Assembly (NCBI GenBank): GCA_002269645.1 | Contig: NIVC01002244.1 | Location: 186,001-250,000, forward strand | Direction of reading: 5' to 3' | DNA length: 64,000 nt | From: Macrostomum lignano | Taxonomy: Eukaryota | Shown here: piece by piece, positions 22,774 to 33,541 of the stretch | How positions within the stretch are numbered: the first letter of the stretch is position 1 | Layout: the number at the start of each line of letters is the position of its first letter | Program-made: the position numbers and the translations under genes | Notes under the pieces: generated by a model | The model's input: only the letters and a program-made list of their open reading frames with translations | Told to the model about the DNA's origin: nothing | Databases searched by the model: none

Positions 22774-25700
22774 TCACTGCAACCCCACCGCCTCCTTCAG
22801 TATGGACAGCAAAGCCGCTGTAGCCGACGTTGAAGACGCCGCCGTGTCGCCGGGCTGGTCGCAGCCGGACGTCGCTTTGCCGGCATCCTCCGCACAGACC
22901 GGATGGTAGATCCCGCCGCCCAGCTCCACGCAGTCCCGCAGCAGCCAGTCCTCAGTGTCGTCGTCCCAGCGAGTGTCGAACTGTTCGTAGCAGACGCCGC
23001 AGACGTTCAACTCCGGATTGGACCGGGCGGGGACTCCACTAGCGACAGCTGCCGCCGCTGCCGCCGCCGTTGACGAAGCCGAGGCCGCGGCTGCCGCACT
23101 GCCAGGATCGGGTTCAGACGTTGAGAAACCGCTAGAAAATCCAGCGATGCCGTCCGTGGCAGCGGCTGTGGCGGCGGCGACGGCGGCTGTTGCGGGACCT
23201 CCACTAAAATCGGCATCGAAGTCCGCGACGCTGGCTGTCGAGAATTCATCGGCTGGTTTAACCAGCTGGCTCCAGTGCGGATACCAGGCGCGGCACTTTG
23301 CTGGCGGATTGTGACGCTGGAGCACCCGGCGTCGATAGTGCTCGTCCATGTGGCGGCGAAAGGAGGCCGACTCGGGCCCGCGGGTGAACCGCAGAGTGCA
23401 CTGTGGGCACTGGAAGCCGCCAACCAGGCGGTAGGTGACAGCGGGCAGGCGCTGCTCAAGTTTCTCTTCGACTAGGTCGGTCAGGTCGACGGGCAGATCG
23501 ACATCCGAGTCGTAGTCGATTCCCGACGGGGCTGACGGGTCCTCGGGGCCGCTCGGCTTGTCGAATTCCGGGTCTTCGTCGGCGCTATGGTGTGGATGCG
23601 ATAAGTATTTTTGAACAGAATTAATTATTCGACCGGAAGTGAAAGGATCCTAGAGCTAGTGGAGATAAATGAGAGGAATGAGTGTGAGAAACTGAAGGAC
23701 CGGAAGTGGTTAATAGAGAAACTGAAAAAACGGAAGTTTTTAAGAGTGTAACTGAAGGACCGGAAGTGGTTAATAGAGAAACCGAAGGACCAGAATCGGT
23801 TAAGAGAGAAACTGAAGGACCGGAAGTGGTTAATAGAGAAACTGAAGGACCGGAAGTGGTTAATAGAGAAACTGAAAAAACGGAAGTTTTTAAGAGTGTA
23901 ACTGAAGGACCGGAAGTGGTTAATAGAGAAACCGAAGGACCAGAATCGGTTAAGAGAGAAACTGAAGGACCGGAAGTGGTTAATAGAGAAACTGAAGGAC
24001 CGGAAGTGGTTAGGTGAGAAACCCAAGGACTGAAAGTAGCAACGAAAAACGAAAGGACCGGAAGTGGCTGATGAGAGACCAAATGGCCGGAAGTGATTAG
24101 GGGAAACTTCAGCCGGCATTGAGACGCTCACAAAAAGCTCTCACCTGTTATCTCCACCGGCAGCCAGCCGACCCCGCTTAGTCTCGCCTCCATCCGCTGA
24201 TCCATCTGTTCGCCGTTTCTCTCCAACGGCGCCAACTTCCGAAGATGCGGACTTTTTCAAACGGTTAGCGCTGTTGACGAGGCCAGCTTTAACGAGACTA
24301 TCCAGCATTTTTAGCACGTCGGGAGGCTGAGAACGAGAGGCGGATGTTGTTGAAGGATGCTGGAGCTGCTGCTGTTGCGTAGTTGCTAGCGGCGGCATCG
24401 ACGGCGGCGGCGGAGGCAGCCGAGAATTGTAGGGATTCTGCGAATTGAAAAAGCCGGGCGCTCGACCTCCGGATGAGCCGCCGGGAGGTCGCATGGGGTT
24501 CAGCGGTGGCTTGTGCAGCTGGTTGACGGCGCCAAATGCGCCGGTTTGGGCCCACTGCAGCCACTGGGCGGGAACGGGCGGCCCGACATCAAGGGCGGGC
24601 GTCACAGGCAGGCCGCCGGGCAGAATTACGGCCTGGAGACGGACCTAAGGAGTTGACGCGGAAGGGACAAGTGTGTTTTCTAAGATAATAATCAACGGCT
24701 ATCATTTCTCGCACGTCAAAATTTGGCAGTTTCGAGTTCTGTACTTTCACTGATGTATGCCGACTGGTAGTTGCAAAACTGTAGGACCGGAAGTAGCTAA
24801 TGAGAAACTGAAGGACCGGAAGTGGCTAATGAGAAACTAAAGGACTGGAAGTAGCTATGAGAAACTGAAGGACTGGAAGTAGCTATGAGAAACTGAAGGA
24901 CTGGAAGTAGCTAATGAGAAACGGAAGGACCCGAAGTGGTTAAGAGATAAAATGAAGGACCGGAAGTGGCTAAGTGAGAAACTGAAGGACCGGAAGTGGC
25001 TAAGAGAGAAACTGAAGTACCGGAAGTGGCCAATGAGAAACTGAAGGACCGGAAGTGGCTAATGAGAAATTGAAGGACCGGAAGTAGCCAATGAGAAACT
25101 GAAGGACCGGAAGTAGCTATGAGAAACTGAAGGACTGGAAGTAGCTATGAGAAACTGAAGGACTGGAAGTAGCTAATGAGAAACGGAAGGACCCGAAGTG
25201 GTTAAGAGATAAAATGAAGGACCGGAAGTGGCTAAGAGAGAAACTGAAGGACCGGAAGTGGCCAATGAGAAACTAAAGGACCGGGAGTAGCTTATGAGAA
25301 ACTGAAGGACCGGAAGTAGCTATGGAAAACTGAAGGACCGGAAGTGGCTAATGAGAAATTGAAGGACCGGAAGTGGCTGAGAGAGAAACTAAAGGACCGG
25401 AAGTGGCCAATGAGAAACTGAAAGACTAGAAGTAGCTATGAAAAACTGATAGACCGAAAGTGGCTAATGAGAAAATGAAGGACCGGAAGTGGCTAAGAGA
25501 GAAAATAAAGGACAGGAAGTGGCTAAAAATAAACTGAAGGACTGGAAGTGCCCAATGAGAAACGGAAAGACCGGAAGTGGTTCCGGTCCAGTGAGAAACT
25601 GCAGGACCGGGAGTGGCTAATGAGAAACTGCAGGAACGAAAGTCGCTGATGGGAAACTGAAGGACTTAGGGTAACCGGAAATGTTTAGGGTCCTTCAATT

Positions 25701-28700
25701 AAAGAGAGAGTAAAGGTTGACAATAAATGTTTATGATTTCTCGCGCGTCAATATTTGGCAGTTGTAAGGTTTGTAATTTGATGTAACTGATGCATGCAGA
25801 CTGATGAAGTTGAAACTGAGGCTGTGTGTTACCCTAGCCTCTCTCTCTCTCTCTCTCACCTGATAAACAGCGCGAAAGAAGCCAGCCCTGATAGGCACCA
25901 GTTTAGGCTCGTTAAAGGGCACATTGAACGGCTTGCCGTGAATAATGAGCTCGTGTCCCGGGCCGCCCAGGCAGACAATAAACGGCCGCCTGCCGAACAG
26001 CACTTTGGTGAAGTCGCCAATGCGCAAGCGGACGGGGTCCGGGCCGCCCTCCCATTCTAGGAAAACCGCCGCGCCCTGGGGGAAACGGAACCGGATGACG
26101 CGCGATTCGCCTTTGTCAACTAGGAGAGGCTGCACCCGGTCCAGAGCCAATCGCCTGATCTCGCCGTCCACCTGCGAGAGAAGACAATTGGAATGCTAGA
26201 TTAGAAAAAGCAGATTTGAAGATTTGTGGGGAATGGGGTTTATTGTGGTCAGGACAGGGATTTGGGATATTTAAGGGAGGAATTTGGGATATTCAATGTG
26301 GGGATTTGGGATATTTAGGGAGGGATTTGGGATATTCAAGGTGAGGATTTGGAATTTTTAAGGTGGGGATTTGGGATATTTAGGGAGGGATTTGGGATAT
26401 TCAAGGTGGGGATTTGGGATATTCAGGGTGGGATTTGAGACAATCAGGATGGGGAAAGGCGGACAAAAAAGCTGCCACCCAAGCTCACCAGAATGTCGCG
26501 CTGCGCTTCGGATCTGGAGTCCTTGATCGGCGCCAGCAGACGCGGATCGCAGCCAATCTGAGAGAAGTTTGGCGTCGCTTCCAACGCCGCCGTAACGCCA
26601 ACCGGAGGAATCGTCGACGTTGATAAACTGCTTGAAAACGGAGTTGCTGTTGTTGGCAAAGGAGCTTGTTGCGAGGGCGGCGGCGGCGGCTGTGGCGCAG
26701 GCGCTGGCGGAACCGCAGGGGTCATGCCGCTGAGCAATTGCTCAAGCGCCGAGTCCACCTGCTCGGGAATCTGCTCGGCTGGAACTACAAGCGATAATGA
26801 GATTTCTAATTCATATCTGATATTGGGATTTCAAAATCATATCGAATATTTGGGATTTCAAATTCATATCGAATATTTGGGATTTCAAATTCATATCGAA
26901 TAATTGGGATTTCAAACTCATATCGAATATTTGGGATTTCAAATTCATATCGAATAATTGGGATTTCAAATTCATATCGAATAATTGGGATTTCAAATTC
27001 ATATCGAATAATTGGGATTTCAAACTCATATCGAATATTTGGGATTTCAAATTCATATCGAATAATTGGGATTTCAAATTCATATCGAATAATTGGGATT
27101 TCAAATTCATATCGAATACTTGGAATTTCAAATTCATATCGAATATTTGGAATTTCAAATTTATATCGAATATTTGGAATTTCAAATTTATATCGAATAT
27201 TTGGGATTTCAAACTCATATCGAATATTTGGAATTTCAAATTCATATCGAATATTTGGGATTTCAAATTCATATCGAATAATTGGGATTTCAAACTCATA
27301 TCGAATATTTGGAATTTCAAATTTATATCGAATATTTGGAATTTCAAATTTATATCGAATATTTGGGATTTCAAACTCATATCGAATATTTGGAATTTCA
27401 AATTCATATCGAATATTTGGGATTTCAAATTCATATCGAATAATTGGGATTTCAAACTCATATCGAATATTTGGGATTTCAAATTCATATCGAATAATTG
27501 GGATTTCAAAATCATATCGAATATTTGGAATTTCAAATTCATATCGAATATTTGGAATTTCAATTTCATATCGAATAATTGGGATTTCAAATTTACATCG
27601 AATATTGGGATTTCAGTTTCATACTGTAAATTGAGAAGTTTTCCCCATCAGGGATTATTTTACACTACACGCACCTTCCAGGTTGTCGTCCCGCGAGCCG
27701 CCTTGCAGAGTGGCAGCCAAGCTCTCGGCCAGCCTGCGGCCGGAGCTGTCGGGCTCGGACAGTCTGTGCAGCTCTCGTACGCAGCCAAGTAGTTGATGAC
27801 GAGCCTCACTGCCCAGTGATTCGGGTTTGACCCGGCGTAGGAGGGCCTCGATGGCGGCCTGCTGCTGGTCGAGGCTGCCGCCGGCCGGATGAGGCAGAGG
27901 CTGCAACGACCGCGGCGGCTGCTGTGGAGCCTGAGTGTTTAAATTTAAAAAGGGTGCATTGACAGTGACAATAAAGATCGCTAGTGAATCTTCAATCGGT
28001 GATCTACTGGGTTCTTGACGCAGTTCACAGGTCTTCTATAGAATCTAAACTGGTAGTTCAGGTCCTATACTGAGTCTGTATGCTGTAGTTCAGGTCCTAT
28101 ACTGAGTCTGTATGCTGTAGTTCAGGTCCTATACTGGGTCTGTATGCTGTAGTTCAGGTCCTATACTGAGTCTGTATGCTGTAGTTCAGGTCCTATACTG
28201 AGTCTGTATGCTGTAGTTCAGGTCCTATACTGAGTCTGTATGCTGTAGTTAAGGTCCTATATTGGGTCTGTATGCTGTAGTTCAGGCACAATACTGGGTC
28301 TGTATGCTGTAGTTCAGGTCCTATACTGAGTCTGTATGCTGTAGTTCAGGTCCTATACTGGGTCTGTATGCTGTAGTTCAGGTCCTATACTGGGTCTGTA
28401 TGCTGTAGTTCAGGTCCTATACTGAGTCTGTATGCTGTAGTTCAGGTCCTATACTGAGTCTGTATGCTGTAGTTCAGGTCCTATACTGAGTCTGTATGCT
28501 GTAGTTCAGGTCCTATACTGAGTCTGTATGCTGTAGTTCAGGTCCTATACTGAGTCTGTATGCTGTAGTTCAGGTCCTATACTGAGTCTGTATGCTGTAG
28601 TTCAGGTCCTATACTGAGTCTGTATGCTGTAGTTCAGGTCCTATACTGGGTCTGTATGCTGTAGTTCAGGTCCTATACTGAGGCTGTATGCTGTAGTTCA

Positions 28701-31700
28701 TGTCCTATACTGGGTCTGTATGCTGTAGTTCAGGTCCTATACTGAGGCTGTATGCTGTAGTTCATGTCCTATACTGGGTCTGTATGCTTTAGTTCAGGTC
28801 CTATACTGAGTCTGTATGCTGTAGTTCAGGTCCTATACTGAGTCTATATGCTGTAGTTCAGGCACAATACTGGGTCTCAACAAGCAGACACAGCAACTCA
28901 CAGTGGGAAGCTGTCGCTCCCTCTGTCGGTACTGCCGCCAGCTGCTACGCATATCGACATCGTCGGGTCGACCTCCGCCGCCTCCCAGTTGACCAGCGCC
29001 CAGTCTGGCAGCTCTATTTGTAGTTACAGACGCCGAGCCGCCGGAGAAGTCGGCCAGCACCGGCCAGCCGGGTCGATAGCTCGGACAGCCAAGTCCAGCT
29101 CTCGCATCACCGAGTCGGGAAATACGCCAATCCAAGCTCGGCGAATTTCGAACATTTGCTGTCTGGCCTCGTCAGAGTCTGTGGCGACCAGGGCAGCCAC
29201 GAATGCTGAGGCGATGCCAACGCTGAATAGCTTAGCGTATGGCGACTGCGGCAACTGTTTCACTATGGAGTCGATCAGGCACAGGTAGGCCAGTCGCTCC
29301 TGTGGCGTTTTTGCCTGTCATTTGAGTGTTGGTGGGTGGAATGTTCAACTTATGGTGGGGGTGGGGGTAGCCCAGTGGTCTAGTGCAGTCACATTAATTT
29401 GGAATCTGCTTAGCTTGGCTCTGCACGTGCAATTAACGCCCTTAAAGGTCAACTCCCCAAGGCACAGTGAAGTGTACATGCCTAACGATAAATAATATTG
29501 GGGCCCCTGTACACTCCTGTGTGATCTGACCCGTGCAGGGAGCTGGTAAATGGGGCACTTGGAGCGTGTGAGCCCCAGAAGCTGGTATGTTGCCAAGTGT
29601 GACCCAATTGCATATTGGACACCAAACAAGGGCACTACAAACCTCCAGTTCTAACTGTTTGCTACTGTTACTACCCTACAATTGCAGCTATTACACCTCT
29701 AAGCTAGTGCATCTATAAAATATAACATAATTAAAGGTTTTCAACTAATGATCAAAATGCTTAAACAAGGCTTGATTTGATTTGTATATAATAATAAAAC
29801 ATCAAATAAGTTAATACCAAATGTAGGTCTGATAATATTGGAATATTGACAAGCTTCTAATTTGTTTTGTGACTCTATTTTCAAGTTTGAATCAGTGCCA
29901 CAACACAATGCTTTTGAGCGCTAGATAGAACAGTTTATAGAGAAGTAAATAGAGCAGTGAAGAGTAGCTATAATGGTAGATCAAGCAATAAATAGGGCAA
30001 TAAATATAGTGATAGATGGTAAGATAGAGTGTAGAATGATAGAATAATAGATAAGAGCTAGAGCTAGAGAATTTTCTAATACTATTTCTTATACCTATTG
30101 GCCATAGACATCATTTTCTATCATGGCACTATATTGATACACCAATTTAAACATAAAAATATTATTAATATTATTATTATTATTATTATCAGGAAACAAA
30201 CTGGAAGATTTCATAACTATATAATATCATCTACTTACAAATAGTCATATAATTGCCTACATTCAAGAAAGTGTCACATATATGTTGAGAATATATTTTA
30301 GCATATTTTTAGTGTCTACTATATGGGGAAATCCAAAAATCGGGGGCAAGTTTTATGAAAATTCGTTTTTTGGCAATTTGAAAGCAATAAAGCTATAAAA
30401 TAAATTTATTCATGTTTTTAAAAAGTAAAAAAGTCTATTAAAGCACAAATTATTTTCGTATAGCTTTATTTTTAATAAAATGATTTGTTAAAACGGTAAG
30501 TTTAATTACGACCTAAAATGAGTCTAATGAAAATGATTAAAAAGCTATAATAATGTATTTTATTAACTTTAACTATCTTATAATGTTACACTTTATAATT
30601 CTACAACATATTTAACATTATTTTAAGGTTTTATTTGTTTATCACTTTCGTTACTCTTGACAACGTGTATTTTGTAGAGTTCGTTTGCAATAAATTGTAT
30701 TCAACGTAAGTTTATTATTTAAACATACAAATTCCCGTAAGGATCGGAAAATTGCATTTTACTCAGCTTCTACTAAAGCGATTTGGAAAATTCTTTTTTT
30801 CCTGCATACACGCCGCGATGATACATGTTTTAGTGTAATTTCATTGTTCTTCGTCGCTTAATAAGCATACAGTAAGCATCTGATTTGGAAGCCGGGTAAC
30901 ACATTGGAATTCCCATAAGGATTGGAAAATTGCATTTTACTCAGCTTCTACTGAAGTGATTTGGAAAATTCTTTTTTTCCTGCATACACGCCGCGATGAT
31001 ACATGTTTTAGTGTAATTTCATTGTTCTTCGTCGCTTAATAAGCATACAGTAAGCATCTGATTTGGAAGCCGGGTAACACATTGGAATTCCCATAAGGAT
31101 TGGAAAATTGCATTTTACTCAGCTTCTACTGAAGCGATTTGGAAAATTCTTTTTTTCCTGCATACACGCCGCGATGATACATGTCTTAGTGTAATTTCAT
31201 TGTTCTTCGTCGCTTAATAAGCATACAGTAAGCATCTGATTTGGAAGCCGGGTAACACATTGGAATTCCCATAAGGATTGGAAAATTGCATTTTACTCAG
31301 CTTCTACTGAAGCGATTTGGAAAATTCTTTTTTTCCTGCATACACGCCGCGATGATACATGTTTTAGTGTAATTTCATTGTTCTTCGTCGCTTAATGAGC
31401 ATACAGTAAGCATCTGATTTGGATGCCGGGTTCACATCTTGTGGTACCATTTTTTACCCAAAATTTTTAAGTCTAAATATAGGCATATTACAAATACTAT
31501 TACAAATAAGTTGATATTTAAATGAAAGAAAACAACTTAAAGATTATTTTGCAACAAGGAATTAGCGATATATTTACTTTTAGAAAAAGATGTTTGCTGG
31601 CAAACTTTGCACTTTATATTAGTATGAATTTTTGCGAGTTTATATGGTTTTAGAAAAACTTTGAAATCCTTAGAAATACTTCATCTTTTTGAATTGAATA

Positions 31701-33541
31701 AAAAGTAAAACACAGATTACTTTCTGTTTTGTAATTAGTAAAAAAATTAGCCTTCTCTAAGGCCTACAAGTCTTAAAATTAATTGTTTAATAATGAAAAA
31801 AAGTGAAACAAAAAATTGCAAATCGGTCAACTCGGACTTTCAAAATGCTTTTTTGTGGTTTTTTCTTATTTATTCAACAATACAAAGCATGAAAACAATA
31901 GTTTTTATCCAGAACTATTTTCTAAAGACATATCTATCTTTCAAAAACCTTTTTTAGATACATTACTTTCCATCGAATGTCCGCAGATTTGTTTTACCGT
32001 TTTATCCCACGTTTTTGGATTTCGCCATATAGTATATATGCAAAGCTAAAATACAAATTTGTATTTTAAGGGAACTAAATCTTACTATTCATTGACATAA
32101 GTGTAGGCCTATGCATAGTGCAAAGCACTAGTGCACAATAGTACTAAAAAATCTAGTAAAATTTGGATTAACTCAAAGTTTAAAATAACAGATCAATTTT
32201 TATTGCTTTTTAAAGCCATTTTAAAATTTAAAACTCCATGCTTTATTTTTGCTCATATTGAAAATTATCTAATTGACAGTTCATTCAATTATGCCTTGAA
32301 AAATATGTCTAAAAGCATATATTTCATGCAGGGAATATTGTATATATAGATTATACATTTTAGATGACCTGTTGTGAGCTGACTAAGCTAAATCTTTTTG
32401 ATTAGCTTTTGCTATCCACCATTATGCATTAGAAATTTCTGTTAGGCTTTTGGTGTGCACCTTATATGCCACCTTGAGCACATTTTTTGTTTATATATGC
32501 TGGGATTTTTTGCCATAATTTATACCTTCTTGGGTGTCGGTAATTGCAAATCCTGACTTTTTTAAGATTTCAAATTTCAAAACCAAGATTGAGAAGATAG
32601 AATAATGTAAATAGGGGTCACTGGTCAGATTTTCATATTCTATTTTGTCATAATAGATGACGAAGTGACCTGAAGCAAAGTAGCATTGAAAAGAAATATG
32701 ACAAAGTGACCAAATATTTAGTTAGGCGGGGGCCCTATACTAGATACTTTGTCATCATCAACCAATCAATCTATATAAGATTTGAGTTACTGTAAACTAT
32801 TTTTGCCTTCATTAAATATAAGCTGTGGCAGGCAGAATTAATCAATCAACAGGTTTTATCAATCGAGAATCTGAGATGACAAAATGATTGGGATCATTAT
32901 TGCAACATTAGGATTCCAAGTAAATATGTTTAATTGCCATATTAATTAACTTGGAAGTTGAAACTAATATGATTGGTAGATGACAAAATTACTCTCTTGA
33001 GATAGTGCATGCTAATTAATATGACGAAGTGACCCTAGTCGAGGTGAGCACCCCAGACACCCCAGATGACAAAATGGCAGATGACAAAATGACTAGGCCT
33101 AAGAACCTAAAGTTCTAAATAGGCCTACTAGATGCTAATTAGGCTTAATTTCGAATCTCAATCGAATCTTGCTTATCTCGAAAGTATAGATATCGAGTCT
33201 CGAAAATTGCGAAAATGTGATATCGTCCTACCCTTGGCTTAGGCTTAAGTTTGAGTTTTTGACATAAGCCCCAGGCCCAGGCTAGGGCCTTGTCGAATTA
33301 TGTCTGATCATGAATGCTACAAGACATTAACCTTATGAATTTCATAGTGCCTAGTACATACCTGTTTCAATCTTCTCTCAATAAGCTCACACATTCGTTG
33401 AGAAATAAGGGAGCATTCTTCGTGAGTAAGGTAACCTTTAATTACAGCGGTCAAATTATCTATAGTTCTCTTTTCTGGTCTGTCAAACTGCTCTATTAAT
33501 GTGGTTTCATAGGAATCTATAATGTCATTAACGTCTTCCAT
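22774..33541 (-). CDS. PCF11: Pre-mRNA cleavage/polyadenylation and termination factor PCF11 (CID plus two C-terminal zinc fingers); one-base frameshift in exon 2
   Basis: Exons (minus) 33541-33362, 29314-28902, 27930-27675, 26784-26489, 26171-25860, 24644-24145, 23584-22774. CID: ERLAYLCLIDSIVKQ...IDP(x)WP. ZnF1 FQCPQCTLRF...HMDEH; ZnF2 CGVCYEQFDTRWDDDTEDW...IYHPVC. Exon 2 is 413 nt where the phases require 414, giving about 922 aa after repair. Confidence 0.92.
23635..24120. repeat. 30-bp minisatellite (actgaaggaccggaagtggttaatagagaa) in PCF11 intron 6
   Basis: Directly visible. Confidence 0.93.
24780..25680. repeat. 28-30-bp minisatellite (actgaaggaccggaagtggctaatgagaa) in PCF11 intron 5
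   Basis: Directly visible; same family as 23635-24120. Confidence 0.93.
26225..26430. repeat. G-rich degenerate minisatellite (gggatttgggatattcaaggt) in PCF11 intron 4
   Basis: Directly visible. Confidence 0.8.
26815..27620. repeat. 27-bp minisatellite (atcgaatatttgggatttcaaattcat), about 30 copies, PCF11 intron 3
   Basis: Directly visible. Confidence 0.96.
28050..28875. repeat. 32-bp minisatellite (gtagttcaggtcctatactgagtctgtatgct), about 26 copies, PCF11 intron 2
   Basis: Directly visible. Confidence 0.96.
29366..29640 (+). mobile_element. Second copy of the SINE family (B-box region deleted, different 3' tail) in PCF11 intron 1
   Basis: A-box-like TAGCCCAGTGGTCTAG joined directly to TGCAGTCA. 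Shares TTGGAATCT, CTTGGCTCTGC.CGTGCAATTAACGC, ATGCCTAACGATAAATAA and CTGTACACTCCTGTGTGA with the 13290 copy. Confidence 0.55.
30731..31432. repeat. 178-bp satellite-like tandem repeat, about 4 copies, PCF11 intron 1
   Basis: attccc(g/a)taagg units start at 30731, 30909, 31087 and 31265; near-identical. Confidence 0.93.
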
